Source: an uncultured Acidobacteriota bacterium (lineage in GTDB: Bacteria > Acidobacteriota > Blastocatellia > RBC074). From it: a stretch of DNA of 64,000 nucleotides. Positions within the stretch are counted from its first letter, which is position 1. Each line of letters begins with the position of its first letter. This document shows, piece after piece, positions 34,948-45,663 of this stretch. Where the stretch lies: the NCBI GenBank assembly GCA_963796275.1, contig CAWCKY010000006.1:1184001-1248000 (forward strand). Reading direction: 5' to 3'. The notes beneath the pieces are model-generated. The model made no database searches and was not told where the DNA came from. It was given only the letters and a program-made list of their open reading frames with translations. The translations under genes and the position numbers were made by a program.

Positions 34948-36908
34948 AATCGTTCCGTAAAATTCTGATCGCCAATCGCGGTGAAATTGCGCTGCGCGTA
35001 ATGCGGACCTGCCGCGAAATGGGGATTGCGACCGTTGCGGTCTATTCCGAGGCTGATGTCACGGCAGCTCACACGCGCTATGCCGACGAAGCTGTGTTTA
35101 TCGGGCCTGCGGCGAGCAAGGATTCTTATTTATGCAGTTCGGCGATATTAGACGCGGCGCGGCATACGGGTGCAGACGCGATCCATCCCGGATACGGTTT
35201 TTTGTCGGAGAGCGCGGAGTTCGCCGAAAACTGTGCGGCAACAGGTATAGTTTACATCGGTCCGTCCCCCGATGTAATTCGCCGGATGGGGTTGAAAAGC
35301 CGCGCGCGCAAACTGATGGCTGAATCAGGAGTGTTGGTCGTGCCGGGATATGACGGCGATAGACAGGATGTCGAGACCATGCGCGCGGAAATGAGCAAGA
35401 TCGGACTGCCCGTTTTGATTAAAGCCTCAGCGGGAGGCGGCGGCAAGGGAATGCGCGTTGTGCGGTCTGAGGCTGAAATGGACGCATCGATCGAATCTGC
35501 TCGGCGGGAAGCCGAGAAATCATTTGGGGACGGCGCTTTGTTGCTCGAAAAGTACATCGAACGCGCGCGCCATATAGAAGTGCAGATAGTGGGTGATCAT
35601 CACGGAAACCTGGTTCATCTGTTCGAACGCGACTGCTCGTTGCAACGACGCCATCAAAAGATAATCGAAGAGAGCCCCTCGCCGGTCGTCGATCAAGAAT
35701 TGCGCCAATTGATCTGTGAGACGGCAGTCAAGGCCGGACGCGCGATGGGCTATACCAACGCCGGAACGGTCGAATTCATTCTCTCGGACGAGTTTTACTT
35801 TATCGAGGTCAATACGCGCTTGCAGGTTGAGCATCCGGTGACCGAAATGATCACTGGTGTTGACCTGGTTAAAACGCAGATCGAAATTTCGGAAGGCAAG
35901 CCTTTACCATTCACGCAACATCAGGTGAGCAGCTCGGGGCATGCGATCGAGGCGCGGCTTTATGCTGAAGACCCGGACAAAGGCTTCCTGCCAACTACCG
36001 GGAAGATTATCGATTGGCGCGTACCTGAAACCTCGTGCGGTTTGCGGATCGACTCCGGCGTGGAACGCGAGGTGGAGGTCGGCATCCATTACGATCCATT
36101 GCTGGCGAAAGTGATTGCTCACGCTAACGATCGCCCCGCGGCGCTGCGCAAATTGCGTTATGCGCTGAGTAGCATGGCGGTGCAGGGAATACGAACCAAT
36201 CGCGAGTTTTTAATTCGTCTACTCGGCGAAGATAACTTCGAGCGCGGCGATGTTCATACAGAATATATAGCCGAACATCTGAATGAGTTGGTTACGAGCG
36301 GTGATCCCCAATTGATACGGGCATCTATGATCGCAGTCGCCCTGTGTCAGCAAAGTCAGTGGCAGGGTACGAACGGATTGCCACCGGATTATCGTAATAA
36401 TCCGTTTCGCAACCCATCCATCAAATTACAGGTTGATGATCGTGAGACTGAAGTATCATGGCGCCACGTCTTCGGCGACCTGTACGAGGTCGAGGGTTTC
36501 GGATCTTCGGTTCAGACACAGGTGATATCCTGTGAATCGAATGCCATTCGGCTTTCGCTCGATGGCGTACAACGGTCATTTCGGATTGTTACGGCAGACG
36601 ATCTGTTCTATGTGCAGTCGACGCTGGGCGCTCAAGTGATCAGACGACTTCCTCGTCATCCGATTCACCATTCCGTCTCAGCGGAGGGAGCGGCCAGTTC
36701 ACCGATGCCCGGCCAGGTTCTGAAGGTTCTTGTCGAAGCAGGCCAGCAAGTTGCTATAGGAGAACCTTTAATCATCCTCGAGGCCATGAAGATGGAACAT
36801 ACGATGCGTGCGTCAGTGGACGGAGTGGTCGAGAATATCCTCGTAGAACAGGGAGATGTTGTTAGACCGGGACAGACCTTAGTCCAAATTGGGATAGTGG
36901 ATAATTGA
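34938..36908 (+). CDS. Biotin carboxylase/biotin carrier subunit of acyl-CoA carboxylase (AtuF/MccA-like)
   Basis: 'LIANRGEIA', 'GGGGKGMR', 'QRRHQK', 'NTRLQVEH', 'EAMKM'. Confidence 0.95.
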   Translation: MEIKSFRKILIANRGEIALRVMRTCREMGIATVAVYSEADVTAAHTRYADEAVFIGPAASKDSYLCSSAILDAARHTGADAIHPGYGFLSESAEFAENCAATGIVYIGPSPDVIRRMGLKSRARKLMAESGVLVVPGYDGDRQDVETMRAEMSKIGLPVLIKASAGGGGKGMRVVRSEAEMDASIESARREAEKSFGDGALLLEKYIERARHIEVQIVGDHHGNLVHLFERDCSLQRRHQKIIEESPSPVVDQELRQLICETAVKAGRAMGYTNAGTVEFILSDEFYFIEVNTRLQVEHPVTEMITGVDLVKTQIEISEGKPLPFTQHQVSSSGHAIEARLYAEDPDKGFLPTTGKIIDWRVPETSCGLRIDSGVEREVEVGIHYDPLLAKVIAHANDRPAALRKLRYALSSMAVQGIRTNREFLIRLLGEDNFERGDVHTEYIAEHLNELVTSGDPQLIRASMIAVALCQQSQWQGTNGLPPDYRNNPFRNPSIKLQVDDRETEVSWRHVFGDLYEVEGFGSSVQTQVISCESNAIRLSLDGVQRSFRIVTADDLFYVQSTLGAQVIRRLPRHPIHHSVSAEGAASSPMPGQVLKVLVEAGQQVAIGEPLIILEAMKMEHTMRASVDGVVENILVEQGDVVRPGQTLVQIGIVDN

Positions 36909-37028
36909 TAATGGATAATTGGTAATTGATAATTGGTTATTATGGCCCAGTAGTAATAACCAATTATCAACTTAACTCATTATCAATTATCAATTTATCG
37001 ATTTATCAATTATCCATTATCAATTATT
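36899..37028. repeat. Inverted array of 7-bp repeats (GATAATT / AATTATC)
   Basis: About 6 units starting inside the carboxylase stop region, then about 8 inverse units. Confidence 0.85.
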
Positions 37029-37059
37029 TCTCTGTAGTTAATGTTATGGAGGAACTTAT

Positions 37060-38232
37060 ATGTCAACAGCAAGTGCATTAGTAACGCGGGAAAGTTATCC
37101 TTATTTTACGGAAGAGCATACGATGTTACGCGAGACGGTCAGACAATTTTGTTTGAAAGAGATCGCTCCATTTGCGGAAGAATGGGACGAGGAAGGGATC
37201 TTTCCGAAGGATATCTTCAAGAAGGCTGGCGATTTAGGTTTATTCGGGATACGAATCGACCCGAAATGGGGCGGCAGCGGCCTCGATTGGTGGGCTACTG
37301 CGGCGTATCTTGATGGTTTATCTTATGCTAACAATGGTGGCGTGGCGATGGCATTGATGGTACAGTCCGATATTACCTTACCGGTTTTGGAAGAACTCGG
37401 AACGGACGAGCAGCGCGAGGAATTTTTGAAGCCTGCCGTTTCCGGTGATTTCATTGCAGCGCTAGGCATTAGCGAGCCGGGCGGAGGGTCAGATGTAGCA
37501 AATATCAAGACGCGCGCGCGAATCGATGGGGATGATTTTGTTATTTCGGGTCAGAAACTCTGGATAACGAATGGGACGCGCGCCGATTTCATCGTCATCG
37601 CAGTTCGCACCGGCGACGAAGGGCACAAGGGGATTTCGATGATTTTGTTACCGACCAAAACCAAAGGCTTCAGCGTCGGCAAAAAACTGAAGAAGATCGG
37701 CAACCTGTCATCCGATACAGCCGAGCTATTCTTCGACAACTGCCGCGTGCCCAAACGATATCTTCTCGGGGAGTTGAATCGAGGTTTCTATTACACGATG
37801 ATCAATTTTCAGGGCGAGCGATTAGCTGCGGCGCTCGGCGCTGTATATAAAATGGAGCGCGCGCTGGAATATGCCATCGGATACGGGAAAGAGCGTTATG
37901 CTTTCGGTCAACCGGTCGGTTCGTTTCAGGTATGGCGCCACCGCTTTGCGGAACATATGACCAGCATTGAAGCGGCTAAATGGCTCGCTTATCGCGCACT
38001 TGACCTGACCAATCGCGGAGAGAAGTGCCTGCGTGAGATAACCATGGCCAAGCTCTTCGCGAGCGATCTGGATCAGAAGGTCATGTACGATTGTATGCAG
38101 ATCATGGGTGGATTCGCATATACTACCGAGTACCCGATCGGCCGCGCCTGGCGCGATGCTCGCTTGAACACTATCGGCGCAGGTACGTCGGAGATTATGA
38201 AAGAGATCATCGCGAAAGATGCGAAGCTGTAA
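37060..38232 (+). CDS. Acyl-CoA dehydrogenase (AtuD-like)
   Basis: '[13 protein letters not shown]', 'GQKLWITNG', 'IGAGTSEIM'. Confidence 0.93.
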   Translation: MSTASALVTRESYPYFTEEHTMLRETVRQFCLKEIAPFAEEWDEEGIFPKDIFKKAGDLGLFGIRIDPKWGGSGLDWWATAAYLDGLSYANNGGVAMALMVQSDITLPVLEELGTDEQREEFLKPAVSGDFIAALGISEPGGGSDVANIKTRARIDGDDFVISGQKLWITNGTRADFIVIAVRTGDEGHKGISMILLPTKTKGFSVGKKLKKIGNLSSDTAELFFDNCRVPKRYLLGELNRGFYYTMINFQGERLAAALGAVYKMERALEYAIGYGKERYAFGQPVGSFQVWRHRFAEHMTSIEAAKWLAYRALDLTNRGEKCLREITMAKLFASDLDQKVMYDCMQIMGGFAYTTEYPIGRAWRDARLNTIGAGTSEIMKEIIAKDAKL

Positions 38233-38234
38233 CA

Positions 38235-38349
38235 GTAGCCGGTAGTCGGTATTCGGTTGCCGGTTTTATGTCTGCTGGACTTGTTTGTCAGTATGTTCCG
38301 ACAACCAACAACTGACAACCGACTACCCACTCCCCACTACCGACGACTA
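38235..38349. repeat. Inverted degenerate 7-bp repeats (GGTAGTC / GACTACC type)
   Basis: AGTAGCC GGTAGTC GGTATTC GGTTGCC ... GACAACC AACAACT GACAACC GACTACC. Confidence 0.7.
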
Positions 38350-41088
38350 TGAGAGAAGTATTACCCTCAGGGACTAACATCGCCCGCTACCAAATAGCAT
38401 CATGCATAAGCTCCCAAGGATTGGGCGAGGTCTATCTTGCAAAAGATACAACGACTGAGCTCGAAGTTGCGCTAAAGGTATTTACCTCTCAACTGGTTCA
38501 AGAGCAACGGATTCGCAACCGTTTTGTAAAAATTCATGCCGGAGTCTCAGCTATCCGTCACCGGAATTTATGTGAGATTTATGAAGGAAAGATAAGCGAA
38601 GGTGATTTGCCATATGTAGCGATGGAATTTCTTAAGGGACAATCGCTAGAATCTGCTCGACTTGGGAAAGAAGTTGTCGATTAAGGAGATCGTGGTGTTA
38701 GCTTATCAGATAGCCGATGCCCTCGAAGCAGCGCACGCCGGGGGCTGGCTGCATTTGGCTATCAGGCCATCAAACCTGCTCCTCACTGAGGCGGGCCAGA
38801 TCAAGATTCTCGATCTCGGACAAACCCTGGCGTTCCCGCCGGCGCTTATCAGAAATGTCCTCGACCCATCAGAAGTCACGCTGACTCCCGCGTACTACTT
38901 CAGCCCGGAACAGGTTGCCGGTCAAAAACCGGATCAGAGATCGGACGTCTTCAGTCTGGGCACGGTCTTTTATGAGTTGATGTCGGGCCAAAGGCCATTT
39001 GCCGGATCTACATTCGATGAAGTGAGCGAGTCTATAAGACGCGCGCAACCACCGCCGCTGACTGAGATCAGAAATGACGTGCCGCAGGATTTGATCGAGA
39101 TTATAGAGAAGGCTCTGGCAAAGGAGTCGACTGAGCGTTATCAGAACATCGGTGAGATGGCGCGCGAACTGCGGCGCTATATGTTGTTCCAGGCGAAGCG
39201 CGCGAGTGTGGTGACTGCGGGAGATCCAAAAAGGATCGGGGCGGGAATTGAAAATGAAAAAACTACGGAAAGTGTAAGCGAAAGCGAGGAAGGTCTCGGC
39301 GCAAAAATTGTAGGAGCAGTGGCAGGACGTAAAATTTCCTGGTCGAAGCTGATTGTCACCTGGCTGCTGATGATAGGGGTGTTCTGGGGGATGTTATTGG
39401 GCGGCAGATCATTGAGCCGGTTGTTCTATCCGGCAGCCGCGAAGACCCTTCAGATCACCAGCATCTCGGCCGGCGGGAAGGTCACAAACGCCGTTATCTC
39501 GCTGTCCGGCGAAAGAATGGCTTATTCAGTCTATGATGGCGAGAACCAAATCATCATCGTCAGAGAACTGGGAAGCGGAAAAGAGACGAAGGTCGCATCA
39601 GATCCCTTAAAAGAGTATCGAGGGTTGGTATTTTCGCCTGATAGCCGCGCGATCTTCTATATCAAAGCGGACCCGGAAAATTCTTTCGGAAAGCTCTATC
39701 GGATAGAATTGAGCTCTGGCAAGGAAGAAGACCTGGGCAAGGGTGAAAGAATCGGCTCGGTCTCCTTTTCGCCAGATGGAAAGAATTTCGCCTACCTCAG
39801 CGTGAGCGAGGATCTCTCGGAAACCGTAGTCACTTTGGATTCGCCTGTGAGAACAGGGGTCATCCTGGCAAAACGTAAGAGCCCGGCATTCTTCTATCCG
39901 GGAGGTTTTGCCTGGGCTCCGGATGGCCGCGTGATCGCCTGCGCAGTGAAGGACGGAGATGACGGTCCGTTCCTCAAGATCGTCGCACTAGAAGTCGAGG
40001 GCGAGACCGAAGGCGAGAGCACAATCGCGTCGGGGCTGTGGTCTGAGGTGGGGCGCATCGCATGGATGAATGATGGCCGCGGATTGGTCGTCGCGGGGGT
40101 AGAGCCTGCATCCCGCGTCTCGCAAATCTGGCGCGTCGCTTACCCGTCAGGCGAAGTGACGCGCGTCACGCGTGATCGATTTGATTATAGAGGCGTCAGC
40201 CTGACATCCGATTCCAACCGGTTGATGTGCATTCGGAGTGAGATTACCTCGAACATCTGGGTAGCGCCGAGCGTTGATACAGAACAGGTGCAGCAGGTTA
40301 CGACTAACCGATTCGATGGGGCGAGCGGAGTAGACTGGACGAGCGATGAACGGATCATTTATGTCTCATCGGCGGGCGGACGCGAGACGATCTGGGTTGC
40401 TGACTTGAACCAGAAGCAGCAGCAGCAACTGACTATTGCGGCGCAGGGCGGCGGAGACCGTGAGCTCCATCCCGTCGTCTCACCCGATGACAATTACATC
40501 GCCTTCATCGGCGAAAGCTCTATCGGCTCATATCTATGGCGCGCAGATGTTGAGGGCCGGGGTTTGGTGAGGCTGACGGATGAGAACCAGGTATTCTCGC
40601 CCTCCTTTTCGGCTGACGGGAAAAGCATCGTCTATTCCGCATTGCGTGAGAGGCAAATGGTAATCGTCAAAAGTTCAGCCGAAGGTGGTGCGCCGGTGAC
40701 GCTCCTTGAAAAACAGGCCTGGCACCCTACGGTTTCACCGGCCGGCCAATATATCGCCTGCAACTATTGGGACAGTCGGATTGCCGGATGGAAAATCGCC
40801 GTTTTCCCGATCGATGGAAAGCAGGCCGCTCTGGTTTTCGATGCGCCGGGAGATCATCGGCGCACCGTGCGCTGGATACCGGATGGGAGCGGGCTCTCGT
40901 ACATCGTTACGCGGCGCGGAGTCTCGAATGTCTGGATGCAGGGGCTCGATGAGAAGCCGCCCGTGCAGATGACGAATTTCAACTCAGGCAGAATCTTCGA
41001 TTTTGCCTGGTCTCGCGATGGAGCGCGCATCGCATTTGCCCGGGGAGAGATGAACAGCGATCCAGTTTTCATTCAGAATTTCCGATGA
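38349..41088 (+). CDS. Ser/Thr kinase-like (degenerate) - TM - TolB/PD40 beta-propeller protein; one frameshift near 38660
   Basis: Two ORFs join into one kinase fold (VALK, AMEFLKG / SPEQ, RSDVFSLG) followed by TM and repeated 'FSPDG' blades. Confidence 0.8.
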
Positions 41089-41097
41089 AGTCAGAAT

Positions 41098-41670
41098 ATG
41101 AAAACTGACGTTACTAACTTTTCACTTACAGATGTCCTCGCCGAAGCCGAAGCCATCTCGAACAACGCGCAGGTCATTTTCGGCCGATTAACCGTCGAGC
41201 AGATCAACTGGAAACCGAATGTGGAATCATGGAGTGTGGGGCAATGTTTTGATCATTTGATTATCACCAATCGCGGGTACTTCCCCCAGTTAGATCAGAT
41301 AATCCGGGGAGAGAAACGGACGACGCTCTGGCAGCGCCTTCCATTTCTACCGGGATTCTGGGGCAGGCTGCTCATCAATATGCTAAACCCGAATTCGACC
41401 AGGAGGGTAAATGCGCCGAAGCTCTTACAACCCTCATCGAGCAAGATCGATCCTCAGATCATCGGCCGATTCGCCGCTCATCAAATTGAGGTGATCGATA
41501 AAATGAAAGCCACCGCGGGAATGGATCTGGATCAAGTCATCATAAGCTCGCCGGCCTTAAAAATAATGACGTTTAGCCTGTACGATGCTTACCGTATAAT
41601 CGTCGTGCACGAAGGGCGCCATTTCAAACAGGCGCAGCGTGTGATGGAAGCGTTCGGCTTCCCGATGTAA
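41098..41670 (+). CDS. DinB-family protein
   Basis: 'NWKP..SWSVGQCFDHL', 'HEGRH..QA'. Confidence 0.85.
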   Translation: MKTDVTNFSLTDVLAEAEAISNNAQVIFGRLTVEQINWKPNVESWSVGQCFDHLIITNRGYFPQLDQIIRGEKRTTLWQRLPFLPGFWGRLLINMLNPNSTRRVNAPKLLQPSSSKIDPQIIGRFAAHQIEVIDKMKATAGMDLDQVIISSPALKIMTFSLYDAYRIIVVHEGRHFKQAQRVMEAFGFPM

Positions 41671-41682
41671 CAAGAGAGGGAG

Positions 41683-41775
41683 AAATAATCAGTACCGCGA
41701 GCGGTAGCTAGCGAATTTCCATTGGTGACCGATTCCTGAAAACTCGCTAGCTACCGCTCGCGGTACTGATTATTT
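41683..41775. repeat. REP-like palindrome with 32-bp perfect inverted arms
   Basis: AAATAATCAGTACCGCGAGCGGTAGCTAGCGA (41683-41714) and its exact reverse complement (41744-41775). Confidence 0.9.
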
Positions 41776-41807
41776 TTTGTTTTACCAGGATTTATTAATC
41801 AAAATAT

Positions 41808-43250
41808 ATGAAAGAACAATTTACTGTAGGAGTAGAGGAGAAGGAGGATTCAACCCTGAAAAGTTCGGTGGGATTTTGGGCGACGCTCCGCGAGGCGGTG
41901 TTTGGGACCGAACAGGATTTCACGGAAGGCAGCATCGGCCGCGCGATCTTTCTTCTATCGGTGCCGATGGTGCTCGAGATGGCGATGGAATCGCTCTTCG
42001 GCATCGTCAATGTTTTTTGGGTTTCTCATCTCGGTAGAGACCAAACCGCGGCCGTCGGTATCACTGAGTCACTGTTGACGATCGTTTTCACAGTCGCGCT
42101 CGGCTTGAGCATGGCGACTACCGCAATGGTCGCTCGCAGGATCGGCGAAAAGGACCATGAAGGCGCGGCTCGCGCGGCTGTACAGTCCATCTTTCTGGGA
42201 ATTATCATTTCAATTCCCATCGCGCTCATCGGCGTGCTTTTCCATGAACAGCTGTTTCGGTTGATGAATGCCGATGCGGCCGTGAGCGCGATCGGCTCCG
42301 GCTACATCACCATCATATTCGGCGCAAACGTCGTGATTATGCTGCTCTTCTTGATCAATGCGATTTTTCGCGGGGCAGGTGATGCGGCGATAGCGATGCG
42401 CGCTTTATGGCTCGGCAACATCATCAATCTCATCCTCGACCCATGTTTGATATTCGGGCTTGGGCCTTTTCCCGAACTCGGCGTGACCGGATCTGCTATC
42501 GCTACCACGATCGGGAGAGGGTGTGGGGTGATCTTTCAGTTCACCCGCCTATTCGGAGGCCATGGCCGCGTTCCAGTACGGTGGCAACACGTGAAGCCTG
42601 ACTTCGTCTTAATGAAGACGATTATGCGAATCTCGCTCGGCGGAATGTTTCAATTCCTGGTAGCGACCTCCGCATGGATACTGCTTATGAGCATAGTCGG
42701 GAAGTTCGGCAGCGCTGCACAGGCGGGTTACACCATAGCCCTTCGCATCATCATCGTCACGATTCTGCCATCGTGGGGGATGAGCAATGCCGCTGCAACA
42801 CTGGTCGGGCAAAACCTCGGCGCTCAGAAGCCGGAGCGGGCCGAGAAGTCTGTCTGGTTGACCGCCCATTGCAATGCGATATTCCTGTCGGGCGTAGCCG
42901 TATTATTTATCACGCTGGCCGGACCGTTAATCCGTATCTTCACTAATGACCAAACGGTGATCTCATATGGAGTCGATGCGCTTCGTTACATAAGTTATGG
43001 CTATGTTTTTTACGCCTATGGAATGGTGGTGGTCCAATCGTTCAATGGTGCCGGCGATACTTATACGCCCACCATCATAAACCTCTTCTGTTTCTGGTTG
43101 TTGCAGATTCCGCTGGCATACACGCTGGCGAACTGGACGAGTCTGGAAGCAAAAGGAGTTTTTCTCGCAATAACATTGGCCGAATCGGTGCTGGCTATCG
43201 TGGCTATGGTGATGTTCCGCCAAGGAAAGTGGAAAGAGCGGAAAATATGA
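41808..43250 (+). CDS. MATE-family efflux transporter
   Basis: 12 TM, 'FRGAGD', 'GQNLGA', 'FNGAGDT'. Confidence 0.93.
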   Translation: MKEQFTVGVEEKEDSTLKSSVGFWATLREAVFGTEQDFTEGSIGRAIFLLSVPMVLEMAMESLFGIVNVFWVSHLGRDQTAAVGITESLLTIVFTVALGLSMATTAMVARRIGEKDHEGAARAAVQSIFLGIIISIPIALIGVLFHEQLFRLMNADAAVSAIGSGYITIIFGANVVIMLLFLINAIFRGAGDAAIAMRALWLGNIINLILDPCLIFGLGPFPELGVTGSAIATTIGRGCGVIFQFTRLFGGHGRVPVRWQHVKPDFVLMKTIMRISLGGMFQFLVATSAWILLMSIVGKFGSAAQAGYTIALRIIIVTILPSWGMSNAAATLVGQNLGAQKPERAEKSVWLTAHCNAIFLSGVAVLFITLAGPLIRIFTNDQTVISYGVDALRYISYGYVFYAYGMVVVQSFNGAGDTYTPTIINLFCFWLLQIPLAYTLANWTSLEAKGVFLAITLAESVLAIVAMVMFRQGKWKERKI

Positions 43251-43553
43251 TTTTATCCTCTAAAATGTTAGGGGTAGTAAAATGTCAGGGGTAAAATGTT
43301 CAGGGCAGGCCTTGGAACCTGCCCTGACGCTCTAAGAGTGATCTGTACCCCACGACATCTCACTCTTAATCAGATTGCGAGTAAGGCCTTTCAGCACACT
43401 CGCTTGCGACGAAACCGGAATCCCCACTACCGGTTCGTCCCCAATGCTCTCTCCGAGTCTGAATACACAGCTATCAGACATTCTCAAAATACTGATTTTG
43501 ATAAAAGAGGGCTATACGTAGTTCTACGTGATTTTAGTATTTCGATAACAATA

Positions 43554-44288
43554 GTGTTAGAAAACCCAGTAACAAAACCTGGAAGGTTCCTAACCGCCGA
43601 ATGGCGATATCTGGCGATGATCAACTACGAGATCGACCCCGCGCTGCTGATAAGATATCGTCCGAGAGGGACCGAACTCGACGACTGGAAGGGGAAGACA
43701 TTTGTCAGCGTCGTTGGGTTTCTATTTCAGAAGACTCGTATCTTCGGTCTGTCCATCCCATTCCATCGCAACTTTGAAGAAATAAATCTACGCTTTTACG
43801 TGCGATACCGGGCGGCCGAAGGCTGGCGGCGAGGCGTGGTATTTATCAAAGAGATAGTCCCTCGCCGGGCTATCGCTACTGCCGCGCGTCTGTTTTACAA
43901 TGAAAATTACGCGGCGCGGAAAATGGCGCACCGGATCGATTGTGATGGTTCCGTGTTATCCATCGAGTATTCGTGGCGTGAGTCTGATGTATGGAATGGT
44001 TTGAAATTGATGACGGCCGGCGAGGCGAAGCCACTGGTTTCCGGGTCGGAAGAGGAGTTCATCTCCGAACACTATTGGGGGTATTCGGCGCAGACCGATG
44101 GCGGTTGCGTTGAGTATAAGGTCGAACATCCACCCTGGCGCGTCTGGCAGGTCGACTATTCTCGGTTCGATTGCGATGTCGAGGGCGTATATGGAAGGCA
44201 ATTTGTCGAGTATTTACAAGCTCAACAGACATCGGCGTTTGTCGCGGATGGGTCGGCAGTCACTGTAAGTAGAGGTGTAAGGTTATGA
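43554..44288 (+). CDS. DUF2071 (YqjF-like) protein
   Basis: 'FLTAEWRYLAMINY', 'FEEINLRFYV', 'EHYWGY', 'VEHPPW'; start estimated at GTG 43554. Confidence 0.85.
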   Translation: MLENPVTKPGRFLTAEWRYLAMINYEIDPALLIRYRPRGTELDDWKGKTFVSVVGFLFQKTRIFGLSIPFHRNFEEINLRFYVRYRAAEGWRRGVVFIKEIVPRRAIATAARLFYNENYAARKMAHRIDCDGSVLSIEYSWRESDVWNGLKLMTAGEAKPLVSGSEEEFISEHYWGYSAQTDGGCVEYKVEHPPWRVWQVDYSRFDCDVEGVYGRQFVEYLQAQQTSAFVADGSAVTVSRGVRL

Positions 44289-44680
44289 TTGAACGAGGCA
44301 GAGAACATATGCTCTTCGATGGTGATTGCGGAATCTGCACTCATTCGGCCGAGATAGCCGGGCGGATGGATCAACGATTCATCATCGAACCATATCAAGT
44401 CTATCCCGAGGATGAGTTGAGAAAATTCGGGATTACTTACGCGAAATGCGGGAGGAACCTGCAGGTGATAACCGGAAGCGGGCGCGTCTATTCCGGCGCC
44501 TTCGCAGTCAATTACTTCCTCTGGCAACATTTTCCATGGTCATTGCTGGTGATTATAATCTATGCGGTGCCCATACTTTTGCTCCTCGAAATCATCGGCT
44601 ATCGCCTGGTGGAAAAAAACCGCCATCGTCTTTCGCAATGGTTCGGATTGAAGGCTTGTCGGATAACGGATAATGGATAA
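44285..44680 (+). CDS. DCC-family (DUF393) thiol-disulfide oxidoreductase
   Basis: 'FDGDCGIC' DxxCxxC motif, 'GYRLV..NR'. Confidence 0.85.
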   Translation: MIERGREHMLFDGDCGICTHSAEIAGRMDQRFIIEPYQVYPEDELRKFGITYAKCGRNLQVITGSGRVYSGAFAVNYFLWQHFPWSLLVIIIYAVPILLLLEIIGYRLVEKNRHRLSQWFGLKACRITDNG

Positions 44681-44736
44681 TGGATAATTCGTAACCACTG
44701 AGGCAACAATCTTTACGAATTATCCATTATCAATTA
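44661..44736. repeat. Inverted array of 7-bp repeats (GGATAAT / ATTATCC)
   Basis: GGATAAC GGATAAT GGATAAT GGATAATTCGTAA ... TTACGAATTATCCATTATC. Confidence 0.85.
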
Positions 44737-44741
44737 GTAGG

Positions 44742-45503
44742 TTAGCTTTCACCGAAGACCCACGAACGTTTGGGTACGCGCTTCAACTGGAATTTTTGCA
44801 CCGCGAACTTTTCAATATGCGCCATTGCCTCTTCGACCGAATCGGTGACCATGAGCAGGTCGAGGTCGGATCTGCTGATCGTCCCTGCCGTCACCATGCT
44901 TTCGAGAAAACTGATCATCGGCGCGTAATAATCCGTCCCCATCAGGACTATGGGAAAATGGCGGATTTTTTTAGTCTGAATGAGTGTCAGGGATTCGAAC
45001 AATTCATCCATCGTCCCGAGGCCGCCGGGAAGTACGACGAACGCATACGAATATTTAATAAGCATCGTCTTCCTGACGAAAAAGTAGCGGAATTCCAACA
45101 TGTCGTCCAGATACGGATTGGGACTCTGCTCGAAGGGGAGGGCGATGTTGCAGCCGATTGAATGCCCGCCCGCTTCTTTGGCGCCGCGATTGGCTGCTTC
45201 CATAATCCCCGGCCCGCCACCGGTCATGACCGTGAAGCCAAGCTGGCTTACGGCTGCTCCGACCTCGCGCGCGAGCGAATAGTATGGATGATCCTCTTTG
45301 AATCTCGCGGAGCCGAAGATCGTGACACACGGGCCGACGAAGTGGAGTCTGCGGAATCCGCGTACGAATTCGCGGATTATACGCAGCAGCATCCACAGTT
45401 CCGTCCGTCGTGGATTCGGGCCTTCTAGAAAAAACTTTTCGTCTCCGTTGGGTTTGGGTAAGGTTTTTTGCTTTGTAGGTAATTGAACAGGTTCTATTGC
45501 CAT
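44742..45503 (-). CDS. LOG-family (TIGR00730) Rossmann-fold protein
   Basis: 'IFGSAR', 'TGGGPGIMEAANRGA', 'PGGLGTMDE'. Confidence 0.93.
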   Translation of the reverse strand: MAIEPVQLPTKQKTLPKPNGDEKFFLEGPNPRRTELWMLLRIIREFVRGFRRLHFVGPCVTIFGSARFKEDHPYYSLAREVGAAVSQLGFTVMTGGGPGIMEAANRGAKEAGGHSIGCNIALPFEQSPNPYLDDMLEFRYFFVRKTMLIKYSYAFVVLPGGLGTMDELFESLTLIQTKKIRHFPIVLMGTDYYAPMISFLESMVTAGTISRSDLDLLMVTDSVEEAMAHIEKFAVQKFQLKRVPKRSWVFGES

Positions 45504-45555
45504 CTTACATCCTGCATTTTCGATATTACTGTCATTCGCCCCGATTATATCAAAC

Positions 45556-45642
45556 AGTTTTAAGTTTTAAGTTTGAAGTTTTTAAGGTGCCGATCAAAAC
45601 CATCGAACTAAAAACTGAAGACTAAAAACTGAAACTGAAAAC
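45556..45642. repeat. Inverted array of 7-bp repeats (AGTTTTA / AAAAACT)
   Basis: AGTTTTA AGTTTTA AGTTTGA ... AAAAACT GAAGACT AAAAACT GAAAACT. Confidence 0.8.
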
Positions 45643-45663
45643 TATTCTCTGAGGAGACCAAAA

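Noticed and set aside
43251-43553. N-terminal extension of the DUF2071 ORF and TAAAATGT-AGGGG repeats
   Set aside because: The extension is not protein-like; the three short degenerate repeats and one hairpin are too weak to assign
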